Source: Patescibacteria group bacterium
Lineage (GTDB): Bacteria > Patescibacteriota > Microgenomatia > UBA8517
Direction: 5' to 3'
Length of the DNA stretch: 57,798 bases
Assembly (NCBI GenBank): GCA_041742135.1
Contig: JBGSJG010000004.1
Coordinates: 111,975-169,772 of the forward strand
Position 1 is the first letter of the stretch, and each line of letters begins with the position of its first letter. Under the pieces are notes generated by a model. It was not told where the DNA came from and searched no databases. It saw nothing but the letters and a program-made list of their open reading frames with translations. The translations under genes and the position numbers were made by a program. Below are positions 9,328-18,767 of the stretch, piece after piece.

Positions 9328-10029
9328 ATGAAATACGCACTAGTCACAGGTGGAGGAAGAGGCTTGGGAAAAGGACTTGTAGATTATCTTCTTGATCAAG
9401 GGTACTTCGTGTTTGCTGGTGTGCGAGCAGTAAAATCCGAATATAAAAATAAAGATAATATTGAATATGTTCCCCTCGATGTTACGAGCGACCAATCGAT
9501 AGAAAAAGCGAGGGACATAGTTGCCACAAGATGTGAAACTTTAGATTTATTGATCAATAATGCGGGCGTTAACAAGGATTCGATATCGAATGGTAAGAGC
9601 GAATACGTCTGCCATGTTAACGAGGCCAGCAGAGAGCTGCTTTTGCAGATGTTTAATATAAATACGATTGGACCACTGATGGTTGCTAAGCATTTCTTGC
9701 CTCTACTCAAAGCCGAACCTTCGTTCATCGTCAATATATCTAGCTGCCGAGCTTCGTTTCACGATGAGTTTGAAAGTGTTAATCCTAACTATGGTTATGC
9801 TGCAAGCAAAATCGCCTTAAACATGTTTACATTTGGGCTTGCCAAGGAGCTTCCGTCAAATGTAAAAGTATTTTCAGTTCACCCCGGCGATGTACGGACG
9901 GACATGAACAAAGAGGGAGAACAGAAACCGTATGAGCAAGCAGAGAGAATTATTGCGATAACCCGCAAATGGAAAGAAGAGTTTAATGGCAAATTTATGC
10001 GCTGGAGTGGTGAACCATATCCGCTTTAA
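9328..10029 (+). CDS. Short-chain dehydrogenase/reductase (SDR)
   Basis: TGGGRGLGKG cofactor motif, NNAG, and the YGYAASK catalytic YxxxK. Confidence 0.9.
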   Translation: MKYALVTGGGRGLGKGLVDYLLDQGYFVFAGVRAVKSEYKNKDNIEYVPLDVTSDQSIEKARDIVATRCETLDLLINNAGVNKDSISNGKSEYVCHVNEASRELLLQMFNINTIGPLMVAKHFLPLLKAEPSFIVNISSCRASFHDEFESVNPNYGYAASKIALNMFTFGLAKELPSNVKVFSVHPGDVRTDMNKEGEQKPYEQAERIIAITRKWKEEFNGKFMRWSGEPYPL

Positions 10030-10080
10030 AAAAGTATTTTTTTGCGAGCGAGGCCAACCAGGACAATGATATAATTGATC

Positions 10081-10830
10081 ATGGAAATAATTTCATTTTT
10101 AATAGCAATTTTTGTGATCGGCCTGGCTTCGTTAAAGCAAATAAACGAATACGAGCGAGGTGTGGTCTATACCATGGGAAGATTTACTGGAATTATTGAG
10201 CCAGGTTGGAGAGTAATTATCCCAATTTTCCAAAGTTTTAGAAAAGTTGATATTCGAACCAAGGCTGTTGACGTGCCCAAGCAGGAGACAATAACTCGCG
10301 ATAACGTTTCGATAAAAATGAATGCTGTAATTTATTACAAAATAAGTGACGCGGGCAAATCCATTAACGAGGTTGAGGATTACTTCAATGCAATTTCCCA
10401 GCTAGCCCAGACTACTATGCGACGAATCGCGGGAGAGGTCACTTTAGATGAACTTTTACAAAACCGCGAAAAAATAGCAACAGACATTTTGCATATTATT
10501 GATAAAACCTCCGATGCATGGGGAATCGATGTGGAGACTGTGGAGCTTAAAGACATTGAACTACCTGAAAGCATGGTCCGAACTATGGCAAAGCAGGCAG
10601 AAGCCGAGCGCGAGAAAAGAGCCACGATAATTAATTCCGAAGGAGAGGTTGTTGCTGCGGAGAATTTGTCCAAAGCGGCAAAAACTATGGCCAATTATCC
10701 GGGAGCGCTGCATCTTCGAACCTTAAACTCAATTAACGACATATCTTCTGATCAATCAAACACCGTGGTGTTTGCCGTACCCATTGAGATTCTCCACGCA
10801 ATCGAAGGCTTTGCCAAGAAGCTCAAGTAG
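10081..10830 (+). CDS. SPFH/band-7 (stomatin/prohibitin-like) membrane protein
   Basis: N-terminal TM, then an SPFH core (EYERGVVYTMGRF...ITRDNV...) and an AEAEREKRA coiled region. The ATG at 10081 is preferred over the TTG at 10075. Confidence 0.9.
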   Translation: MEIISFLIAIFVIGLASLKQINEYERGVVYTMGRFTGIIEPGWRVIIPIFQSFRKVDIRTKAVDVPKQETITRDNVSIKMNAVIYYKISDAGKSINEVEDYFNAISQLAQTTMRRIAGEVTLDELLQNREKIATDILHIIDKTSDAWGIDVETVELKDIELPESMVRTMAKQAEAEREKRATIINSEGEVVAAENLSKAAKTMANYPGALHLRTLNSINDISSDQSNTVVFAVPIEILHAIEGFAKKLK

Positions 10831-10855
10831 CATAGTGTATACTGACAAAATACCG

Positions 10856-12046
10856 ATGCTTGGAAAGCTCGATATCAAATTAATTTTCTTCACACTCGCA
10901 ATAATCTTGGGAATTGGTGCATTTGTTTTTTTGCTGTTTAAGTATTTTTCTTGGGATCGTGGCCCAATTACACCCGGACAAAAGGTGACGGTCTCGCGAG
11001 ATGGCCAAAATACGGCCACTTCAGAAGTTGATTATAGTGTTGAACCGTTTGTAGCAAACCTTTCAATTCCTTGGAGTATGGTATTTAGCGCGCCCGAGCG
11101 GGTTCTTGTGACCGAGCGCGCGGGAACAATTAAAGAAATTGTGAGTGGAAAGCTTAACACAAACGCTTTGATTTCTTTTTCTGAAGTTGCAGCAGAGGGG
11201 GAGGCTGGCCTCATGGGAATGGCACTTCACCCGGATTATTCTTCAAATAAGTATGTTTATGTTTGCATGGCTTATGACTCGGATGACGGGATTCGCGACA
11301 AAGTAGAAAGGCTGGTGGATAACGGAAATGAGATAGTCCGAGACAGAATTATTATTGAAAACATTCCGGCCGCTCAGTTTCATGCTGGATGCAGAATTAA
11401 TTTTGGTCCTGACAATAAGCTTTACATAACTACTGGGGATGCATCTAGTAAAAACCTTGCGCAAGACAAAAATTCACTCGCGGGCAAAATATTGAGAATT
11501 AATGATGACGGCACTATTCCGAACGACAACCCTTTTGGAAATGCGATTTGGTCCTTGGGGCACCGAAACCCACAGGGGATTGCATGGCACAGCTCTGGCG
11601 TGATGTTTGCCACGGAACACGGCCCCTCAGGCTTTGATGGTCCCGGTGGAGGTGACGAATTAAATGTAATTAAAAAAGGTACCAATTACGGTTGGCCACT
11701 GGTCAGTCACGATAAATCTCAAGAGGGCATGGAGAGCCCAAAACTTGTTTTTACTCCTGCAGAGGCACCATCGGGAGCCTTGTTTTATACGGGTGATGTT
11801 TTCCCACAGTTTAAAAATAATTTTTTCTTCACGGCCCTGAAAGGTGAAGGGTTGTTCAGTGTTGTTGTAAATAATCAAGATGCGAGTGAAATACTTTCAT
11901 ACGAAAAATTAGACATAGATGTGGGGCGCGTGCGGGATGTGATAGAAGGCCCAGATGGTTTGATTTATTTTGCCACAAGTAACCGCGATGGGCGAGGCAA
12001 TGCCCAAGATGGCGATGACAAAATTTACAGATTGGAACCGAAGTAG
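10856..12046 (+). CDS. PQQ-dependent sugar (glucose/sorbosone) dehydrogenase-like beta-propeller, membrane anchored
   Basis: GLMGMALHPDY, GHRNPQGIAW and NYGWP motifs. The start is moved to ATG 10856 because the track start overlaps the SPFH gene. Confidence 0.85.
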   Translation: MLGKLDIKLIFFTLAIILGIGAFVFLLFKYFSWDRGPITPGQKVTVSRDGQNTATSEVDYSVEPFVANLSIPWSMVFSAPERVLVTERAGTIKEIVSGKLNTNALISFSEVAAEGEAGLMGMALHPDYSSNKYVYVCMAYDSDDGIRDKVERLVDNGNEIVRDRIIIENIPAAQFHAGCRINFGPDNKLYITTGDASSKNLAQDKNSLAGKILRINDDGTIPNDNPFGNAIWSLGHRNPQGIAWHSSGVMFATEHGPSGFDGPGGGDELNVIKKGTNYGWPLVSHDKSQEGMESPKLVFTPAEAPSGALFYTGDVFPQFKNNFFFTALKGEGLFSVVVNNQDASEILSYEKLDIDVGRVRDVIEGPDGLIYFATSNRDGRGNAQDGDDKIYRLEPK

Positions 12047-12049
12047 AAG

Positions 12050-13021
12050 TTACCTTTTTCCCTTAATAAATTTTCCTGCTTTGTGAAATATATTTTCACC
12101 CTTTGGCTTATTTGGAAGAAGACCTTCAGCCGCCAAAAAGCCAATTTCTTTCGAGTCAACTTCGGCAAGATGGATTACAGCATCAAAAGGCTCGTATTGC
12201 TCTCTTGGAATCTCTGGATGTGCTTCTAGGTAAACCTGTATGGTTTTTTCAAGTCGATAAACGTGCTTTCGGAAATTCGAATTATCGTCTTCATGCCAGC
12301 GCCTTCGTAATTTTTTGTCTGTTTCAATATTTTCAAATTCTCGCGCACGCTCGGCCAGTCTGTTGGCGATTTCGCCAAGTCCGGCATGCTTGATAACACT
12401 GTCCAGTAGTGGAGTAGGATGGGCAGCTCCTTCGATTCCAAAACGGGCTACGTAGCTAAACTTGGGATCGGCCAGGAACGCAACTGGCGTGTCTTTGAGT
12501 CTGCCATGTCCTTCTCTTTGTGGTCTGCCGCCCTGTTGGTAAACATGATAAAAGTCGGTTTCAAGAAGCGTATAAAATAGCTGTGCTCGGTAAAAACCAA
12601 CCTGCTTATCTCTTTCTTCAGGGCTCATGGCGTCAAGGGCTGCTTTGTCTTTTGGTAATTTGTCGATCCACAGCATATCCACGCTGTCTGCAATTAACTG
12701 TTTGGGAGACTTGTCGACTCCAGTTTCTTTCCTTTTTTCCCGAACATGAGCCGCCAAATCTGTATGTGGATTATTGCCTCCGAGTAAATATTCTTCTGAC
12801 TGTTTAACGAGTTGATCACGAACTAGATCAAGTTTCTCCCAAGGAATCTGTTCTCCAAATTCATGAACACAAAGACGTCGAAGATTGTCAGTAATATAGG
12901 GATTGTCTTGCGCTAAACCAATTGCCCAAAATAGTGTTCGTGTTATTTCCCGATCTTGGGCATTAAGCTGCTCTATGTTTCCTTCTTGTGTTTCTTTTGT
13001 GCTCACACTGAAGCATAACAC
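12050..13021 (-). CDS. Hypothetical protein
   Basis: 323-aa ORF with no motif I recognise. Confidence 0.5.
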   Translation of the reverse strand: MLCFSVSTKETQEGNIEQLNAQDREITRTLFWAIGLAQDNPYITDNLRRLCVHEFGEQIPWEKLDLVRDQLVKQSEEYLLGGNNPHTDLAAHVREKRKETGVDKSPKQLIADSVDMLWIDKLPKDKAALDAMSPEERDKQVGFYRAQLFYTLLETDFYHVYQQGGRPQREGHGRLKDTPVAFLADPKFSYVARFGIEGAAHPTPLLDSVIKHAGLGEIANRLAERAREFENIETDKKLRRRWHEDDNSNFRKHVYRLEKTIQVYLEAHPEIPREQYEPFDAVIHLAEVDSKEIGFLAAEGLLPNKPKGENIFHKAGKFIKGKR

Positions 13022-13029
13022 TAATCGGT

Positions 13030-14787
13030 TTAAGCCTCCAAGGTTGAGGTGTCTCCAAGGTCTTCGCCTAAATACTGCGCGCGAAGCATTCGGCGCATGA
13101 TTTTGCCACTTCGGGTTTTAGGAAGTTTCTCTACAATTACCACATCTGAAAGCTGAGCAAGTTTGCCCAAGTGCTCGATAACTGCGTCGTTAGCTTCGGA
13201 CTCTAGATTTTCCTCATTAACTTCTTGGCCTTTTTTAACAACCACAAAAGCTACTATTTTCTGGCCTTTTATAGGGTCGTCCACGCCAACCACTGCACTT
13301 TCTGAGATCGCCGAATGGGTGTTAATCGCATTTTCCACTTCTGCCGAGCCGATATTGTGGCCTCCAACATTAATTACATCATCTGCTCGCCCCAGAATTC
13401 TGATTCTGCCGTCTGCGTCGTGTATTGCAAAGTCGCCTGAAAAATAAAACCCGGCAACTGTGTCAAAATATTTGCGGTATCGCTCGGTGTTTTTCCAGCA
13501 ATCAACAAACATTCCAGGAGGCGAGTTTTTAATCACCAAGTAACCCTTCTTTCCGGGCCCAACTTCGCGTCCTGTTTTGTCTACGACGCGCGCGTCAACT
13601 CCAAAGCAAGGAAATCCAGCATATCCCGGCTTGCCTGGGGTTCCCTTGTAAGTCGTAATCATGTGGCCGCCAGTCTCTGTTTGCCACCAAGTATCGACCA
13701 AATGGCAGCGATTTTTGCCGATGTTTTCCAAGTACCACTCATACGCAGTTTCGTTTAAGGGCTCACCCACGGAGCCGATTATTTTAAGATCCGAAAAATT
13801 ATAATTTGATAAATCATCTCCCGCGGCGATATGCATTCGGATTGCAGTGGGGGAGGTATAAAAAATATTTACTTTATACTTTTCTAAAATATCCCACCAG
13901 ACTTTCGTGGAAGGATAATCAGGCGCCCCTTCAAATATTATTGAGGTAATTCCGCAAAGCAAGGGACCGTAAACCAAATAAGTATGCCCCGTAATCCAGC
14001 CCATGTCCGCCGTGCACCAGAAAACTTCGCTACCCGTAAGGTCAAAAGTGGTTTTTGTCGTCGCGTAAGCGTAAAGAGTGTAGCCCTCGGGTGCGTGGGT
14101 TATGCCTTTTGGCTTGCCGGTGGTGCCGGATGTGTAAAGAACAAATAGCTTTTCGCGATTAATATTTTCATCTTTCGTAAATGTCGAGGAGGCTTCGCTC
14201 ACGAGTTTATCTAAGTCGTATTCGTTTTCTTTAAGGCCTGTATTATCGCGCACCAAAACAAGAGTTTTAATGTCAGTAATTCCCTCAATAGCTTTTCTGG
14301 CGGTTGATAAAAGGTCTATTTTTCGACCCCGTCTTTGAGTAAAGTCTGCAGTTATGATGACTTTACTTTCCAGGTCTGTAAAGCGATCACGAAGAGCATC
14401 GGCGCTAAATCCCGCATAAACAACGTTATGAATTGCACCGATTCGAGCACAAGCTAAGATCAATGCTGCAGCTTCGATCACCGCGGGCATATAAAGCGTG
14501 ACTGTGTCCTGAGGTGCGACTCCTAGGGAGGTCAGCATGTTGGCCATTTTATTGACCAGTTCTAAAAGTTCTTGATAACTTATTCGCTTTTCCTCGCCGT
14601 CCTCGTTAAGCCACAAAAAAGCCGTGCGGTCCCCGAGGCCTTTTTCTATGTTTCGCTCAAGACAGTTGTAAGAAATATCAATTGAAGAGTCAGGCTCCCA
14701 AACTAATTCTTCTTTCCAGCTCTGCCAGTATTGCTCTGAGTTAGTAAGAGAAAACTGGTGTTTTTTTTGGTATGAAGTTTTATCCAC
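13030..14787 (-). CDS. acs: Acetyl-CoA synthetase / AMP-forming acyl-CoA synthetase
   Basis: LYTSGTTGKPKG AMP-binding motif, WWQTETGG, and C-terminal LPKTRSGKIMRR. Confidence 0.9.
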   Translation of the reverse strand: MDKTSYQKKHQFSLTNSEQYWQSWKEELVWEPDSSIDISYNCLERNIEKGLGDRTAFLWLNEDGEEKRISYQELLELVNKMANMLTSLGVAPQDTVTLYMPAVIEAAALILACARIGAIHNVVYAGFSADALRDRFTDLESKVIITADFTQRRGRKIDLLSTARKAIEGITDIKTLVLVRDNTGLKENEYDLDKLVSEASSTFTKDENINREKLFVLYTSGTTGKPKGITHAPEGYTLYAYATTKTTFDLTGSEVFWCTADMGWITGHTYLVYGPLLCGITSIIFEGAPDYPSTKVWWDILEKYKVNIFYTSPTAIRMHIAAGDDLSNYNFSDLKIIGSVGEPLNETAYEWYLENIGKNRCHLVDTWWQTETGGHMITTYKGTPGKPGYAGFPCFGVDARVVDKTGREVGPGKKGYLVIKNSPPGMFVDCWKNTERYRKYFDTVAGFYFSGDFAIHDADGRIRILGRADDVINVGGHNIGSAEVENAINTHSAISESAVVGVDDPIKGQKIVAFVVVKKGQEVNEENLESEANDAVIEHLGKLAQLSDVVIVEKLPKTRSGKIMRRMLRAQYLGEDLGDTSTLEA

Positions 14788-14841
14788 TGCTTTATTCAGT
14801 CAGTCAATTTAACATTTTGAAGTTTGAAAGGCAAACCTTCT

Positions 14842-15408
14842 TTAGACCCTTCTGAATTGCATGAGGCTGACGCCCTTTTCCATCAGTCTTCTGGGAGGGT
14901 GTTCATAGCATATTTCGAATTCGGGCACGGTTTGTCCAACCATGCCATATGCGTTAAAAGCCCTCTCGTAAGCTACGATTCCAGAATTAAGATAAGCAAC
15001 ATATGCATACGTATCACCTTGCAAGTCCCATTCTAATAACTCATTTACTCGTGCCGCCACAGTTTGAGGGCTGACCAGAGAATATGGGGGATCTGCAACA
15101 ACAGTTTGGAAACCGTGTTGATAAGCGTGAGGGCCGGATTTAAGCTTTTTGTTGTCGAACAAGGTGCGGTTGGCATCAAAATATTCATGGTTTGCGCCTT
15201 GAAGCCTGTGATCCAGATCGAAGATGGTAACATCGCTTTTCCCAGTGGCTACCAAGCACTCACCCACAGAAGGCGTAAAGAGGCATGCTGTTCTTCCTGC
15301 ACACAATTCAGCCAGAGCATTTATAGTCCCACGAGTGAAAAAATACTGCTCGTTGGACCGATTTTCTGGTAATGCACATACGCCTGTAGTTGCCAATCTC
15401 TCGCTCAT
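14842..15408 (-). CDS. Putative methyltransferase with a DPPY motif
   Basis: VVADPPYSL resembles motif IV of N6-adenine/amino-methyltransferases. Small (188 aa), and the rest is not diagnostic. Confidence 0.45.
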   Translation of the reverse strand: MSERLATTGVCALPENRSNEQYFFTRGTINALAELCAGRTACLFTPSVGECLVATGKSDVTIFDLDHRLQGANHEYFDANRTLFDNKKLKSGPHAYQHGFQTVVADPPYSLVSPQTVAARVNELLEWDLQGDTYAYVAYLNSGIVAYERAFNAYGMVGQTVPEFEICYEHPPRRLMEKGVSLMQFRRV

Positions 15409-15415
15409 GTTGCAT

Positions 15416-15443
15416 ATTATAGGATATATTTTGTGAAGTGCAA
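15416..15443 (-). promoter_or_regulatory. Sigma70-like promoter giving a (near-)leaderless mRNA for the 14842-15408 gene
   Basis: On the minus strand: TTGCAC (15443-15438), a 16-nt spacer, TATAAT (15421-16), then 7 nt to the ATG at 15408. Confidence 0.5.
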
Positions 15444-15579
15444 AGCAGGTTAAGGCTAAGCAGAATCGTCGGGGTTATAATTGACTAGCGTATTAAGTGT
15501 TTTTTTTGCAGTCTCGGAGTTAGTCTTGCGGCTTCGATTACTTTCTTCGCGGGTTTTCCTCTACGGGAAAGAATAGCGC

Positions 15580-16155
15580 TTAAGCATCCAGTTCTGGGTC
15601 AAACCCTCTAAACTGACGGTAAAGTCGGCCGTTTTTATTTTCGTCACCTTCAATTATGTAGACGTCCATTGTAATATCACGCCTGCCTGCCATTTGTTTT
15701 TTTGCCAATGAATTCAAAGCACTAAAAAGAGTGCCGCATTGCAAAGTCTCATCTTCTGGGTTTAGCCCCAAAAATAAGTTTTTTATAGGGTGTGCGAAGC
15801 CAGACGGTCGCAGATATCCTTCTTCAGAAATCACTGCGCCAGAAAACAACTCAGGCAAATTAGATATTGAAAAACCGCGAGTACACCGCTCGTCTGAAAG
15901 GATAACGCCTTTTTGGCGTAAATATTTAGCAATTTTAGGCGAACGATAAGCTCCTCCAACACAAGCAACGAACGCGCCATCGAGGTCTTCGAGTTCAGGA
16001 TTGGGTTGGTCAGGCAGACCTGCCAATCCGGTATAAAAGGCATCAATGTCTGTTTTTTGAATCTTAAAATCGGGGTTGGCTAAAAGATTGCCTATACAAA
16101 CCTGAAAAACATCAACAGCACTGAAGCGTTCGGCTGGAACAATGTCCTTTAGCAT
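15580..16155 (-). CDS. Hypothetical protein
   Basis: Start moved to the internal ATG (MLKDIV...), because the track start at 16209 overlaps tRNA-Glu and its duplicated 3' end. Confidence 0.5.
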   Translation of the reverse strand: MLKDIVPAERFSAVDVFQVCIGNLLANPDFKIQKTDIDAFYTGLAGLPDQPNPELEDLDGAFVACVGGAYRSPKIAKYLRQKGVILSDERCTRGFSISNLPELFSGAVISEEGYLRPSGFAHPIKNLFLGLNPEDETLQCGTLFSALNSLAKKQMAGRRDITMDVYIIEGDENKNGRLYRQFRGFDPELDA

Positions 16156-16161
16156 ATTTTG

Positions 16162-16218
16162 TGTGACCCCACTGGAATTCGCGGTGCAAAAACTAAATTG
16201 TGACCCCACTGGAATTCG
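16162..16218 (-). repeat. 20-nt direct duplication of the tRNA-Glu 3' end
   Basis: tgtgaccccactggaattcg occurs at 16162-16181 and at 16199-16218. The second copy is the real tRNA 3' end, and the spacer is 17 nt. Confidence 0.8.
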
Positions 16219-16273
16219 AATCCAGGTTCCGAGAATGAAAGTCTCGTGTCCTAGGCCTCTAGACGATGGGGCC
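16201..16273 (-). tRNA. tRNA-Glu (anticodon UUC)
   Basis: Acceptor GGCCCCA/TGGGGTC, anticodon stem CGAGA/TCTCG with loop CTTTCAT, T arm CTGGA-TTCGAAT-TCCAG. Confidence 0.9.
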
Positions 16274-16400
16274 TCGTCGAAATAAACTACACTTTCCGTC
16301 TCGCGTTGCGAGACTTATCGTTTCGCTATTTCTCCTCTCAATCTTGCGTGCAAGATTGTTTAAGGCTGGGGTATTTTAACATAAAACGAGGCCTTTTGCC

Positions 16401-17072
16401 TCAGAGAGGAGTCTCGCCAATGTATTCTTCCTGAAGCCTGAGAATCTTCCTTGCCGTTGGATTTTTCTTTAGCATTTTTACGATATCTTTTCGCATATGC
16501 AGGAGTCCGGGGAGCACGGATATCAGAACAATAGCCCCGACTATTGGCAATAAGTAGCGATCAACATGGGGGATACGGCTCCCCAAAAAGTATCCAGCGG
16601 CTGAAAGGCCTGCTCCCCACAAAAGCCCGCCAATAATGTTGTAGGTTAAGAATTTCGTGTAATGCATACCAGTCATCCCTGCAACGATTGGCACGAATGT
16701 GCGAACTGCAGGAACAAAGCGGGCGAGAATTAAAGTTTTGCCGCCGTGTTTATCATAAAATTTTTGGGCTTTTTCGAGATATTTCTTCTTGAAGAAAAAT
16801 GTTTCCTTTTGGCGCATGAGCCATGTCCCTGCCTTGGCCCCAGTCCAATAGCCTACAGAATCACCCAAAATTGCCGCAAGTGCAAACAGAGGAATGAGAA
16901 GCCTTTCATCAAAAATGCCCTGCGAAGCCAGAAAACCCGCGGTAAAAAGCAAACTATCTCCGGGAAGGAAAAAACCAAAGAACAGACCACTCTCGGCAAA
17001 TACCATGGCAAAAAGGCCAATATAACCAACAGTCTGGATGATTTCAGTTAGCCCGCCGTGCAAAATGTCCAT
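16401..17072 (-). CDS. DedA-family membrane protein
   Basis: FAESGLFFGFFLPGDSLLF signature, multiple TM helices, ~220 aa. Confidence 0.9.
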   Translation of the reverse strand: MDILHGGLTEIIQTVGYIGLFAMVFAESGLFFGFFLPGDSLLFTAGFLASQGIFDERLLIPLFALAAILGDSVGYWTGAKAGTWLMRQKETFFFKKKYLEKAQKFYDKHGGKTLILARFVPAVRTFVPIVAGMTGMHYTKFLTYNIIGGLLWGAGLSAAGYFLGSRIPHVDRYLLPIVGAIVLISVLPGLLHMRKDIVKMLKKNPTARKILRLQEEYIGETPL

Positions 17073-17131
17073 TACTTAGTATACTCTCACCACTTCATTT
17101 TTGTGGGAAGTTTTGGTAATATCTTGTTTAC

Positions 17132-18097
17132 GTGCTTATAAAGAAACAGCTTTTCAAACACCACATCCGACTATTTTTGACTGGTTTTGGAATGGGGAGT
17201 GCCGATATCGTGCCTGGGGTTTCGGGTGGCACAATCGCTTTTATCTTTGGCATCTATGAAGAATTAATTTTTTCGATTAAGAAGCTTTCGGGTGAAACAT
17301 TAAAACTTGTTCTTCGAGGAAAAATACATCAGGCTATAAAAAGCATCCCTTTTAATTTTCTAGTTCCTTTGGGTACAGGTATTTTAAGTGCGCTCTTACT
17401 TCTTGCAAGCCTAATTAAGCATCTTCTTGCAAGCTCGCCAGAGATAGTTTGGTCATTCTTTTTTGGGCTCATTGTGGCTTCGATTTTAATTGTTAGAAAA
17501 AGAGTTGTTAGCTGGGACAAGCACGATATTGTGGCATTTTTGGTCTCCTCAATTGGAGCATATGTCCTTGTCGGCTTTGTGCCTGTAGCTACGCCAGAAA
17601 CCTATTTAGCGTTTTTCCTCTCAGGAGCAATTGCTATTGTGGCAATGATTTTGCCCGGGGTTTCAGGCTCATTTTTGCTAGTACTTTTAGGAAAATACGA
17701 GCAGATTTTGCATGCGGTAGTGGAAAAAGACATCATCGTGCTCTTGGTGTTCATGGCTGGTGCGGCTCTCGGGATCTCGCTTTTTTCGCGAGTGTTGACT
17801 TGGTTATTCGCCAAGCATCACGATATTGCGATCGCGGTTTTGTCTGGGTTTATGCTTGGATCACTACGCAAAGTTTGGCCGTGGAAAGAAACTGTTGGGG
17901 TAGTGGAGCATAATATTCTTCCGGCACTCGATTATCGTCTGGTCTTTTCTTTGGGGCTAATGGCAATTTCAATTTTTTTGATGCTTAAACTGGACAAGAT
18001 TCAAGCTACTAGGGAGCAAATGGAAGACATTGAAGACAAAGATTTCAAAAAAACTCACGAGGCTGCAGTTAAATCTCAAAAGCCCGGAGTTGTATAA
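17132..18097 (+). CDS. DUF368-family membrane protein
   Basis: Duplicated PGVSGG(T/S) motifs (IVPGVSGGTIAF and ILPGVSGSFLL), polytopic. Confidence 0.85.
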   Translation: MLIKKQLFKHHIRLFLTGFGMGSADIVPGVSGGTIAFIFGIYEELIFSIKKLSGETLKLVLRGKIHQAIKSIPFNFLVPLGTGILSALLLLASLIKHLLASSPEIVWSFFFGLIVASILIVRKRVVSWDKHDIVAFLVSSIGAYVLVGFVPVATPETYLAFFLSGAIAIVAMILPGVSGSFLLVLLGKYEQILHAVVEKDIIVLLVFMAGAALGISLFSRVLTWLFAKHHDIAIAVLSGFMLGSLRKVWPWKETVGVVEHNILPALDYRLVFSLGLMAISIFLMLKLDKIQATREQMEDIEDKDFKKTHEAAVKSQKPGVV

Positions 18098-18286
18098 TTG
18101 GTTATGTTTATATTCGAAGGCTTCATTGTTTTGTTTGTGGCAGCCGCACCGCTTGCAGGTCTTTTGATTTTTAATCGGAAGAAATATAACCTCCCTAAAT
18201 ACATGCTTGTCATGGCTATGATTGCCCTTCTGGCATCGACTGTTATAGCCATCGGGCTCATTGGAATCCTCTCGGGTGGCAGTTGA
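18098..18286 (+). CDS. Small two-TM membrane protein
   Basis: 62-aa hydrophobic ORF starting right at the DUF368 stop. Confidence 0.4.
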   Translation: MVMFIFEGFIVLFVAAAPLAGLLIFNRKKYNLPKYMLVMAMIALLASTVIAIGLIGILSGGS

Positions 18287-18376
18287 TTGTGACATATGGT
18301 ACAATACGTCAGTATTTTGGTGAGGGGATTATGAGTAATCAGATTTCGCCTCCTAAAAGCGTTGGGGGTGAGCAGA

Positions 18377-18637
18377 TTGAATAATAAGAAACTTTACGTA
18401 GGGAACCTTCCTTACTCCGTTGATAAAGATGCCTTACAGGCACTTTTCGCCGAATTTGGTGATATCGTTGATAGTGTTGTCATAACAGACAAATACACAA
18501 AACGCTCCAAAGGCTTTGGTTTCGTCGAATTTGCAACTGAAGAAGCTGCAACAAAGGCGATTGAAGCTATGGGTGAAAAAGATGTCGAGGGTAGGAAATT
18601 GGTTGTAAACGTAGCTCGAGCTCCTCAGGAGAGATAA
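18377..18637 (+). CDS. RRM-type RNA-binding protein
   Basis: KLYVGNLPYS (RNP-2) and KGFGFVEF (RNP-1). The TTG at 18377 follows a GGGGGTGAG Shine-Dalgarno; the track start at 18362 is in the same frame. Confidence 0.9.
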   Translation: MNNKKLYVGNLPYSVDKDALQALFAEFGDIVDSVVITDKYTKRSKGFGFVEFATEEAATKAIEAMGEKDVEGRKLVVNVARAPQER

Positions 18638-18685
18638 GCTACATTTTTTTTGAAACCAACTATCTTTCGAAGATTTGTTGATTGA

Positions 18686-18720
18686 AAAAGCCCCGCTTTT
18701 AGTTAAGTGGGGCTTTTGCT
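18686..18720 (+). terminator. Intrinsic terminator after the RRM gene
   Basis: aaaagcccc (18686-94) pairs with ggggctttt (18709-17) and is followed by a T-rich tail. Confidence 0.6.
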
Positions 18721-18767
18721 GTAAAAGGCTATTTGAATTTTGTTTTGACTGGTGGTATATTCGGGGC

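Noticed and set aside
10772-10855. Upstream extension of the PQQ-dehydrogenase ORF, and similarly the 8878 start of the GIY-YIG ORF, the 16209 start of the 15580 ORF and the 18675 start of the first orphan-operon ORF
   Set aside because: These extensions overlap the SPFH gene, tRNA-Gln, tRNA-Glu and a terminator hairpin respectively. Internal ATGs give sensible gene boundaries.
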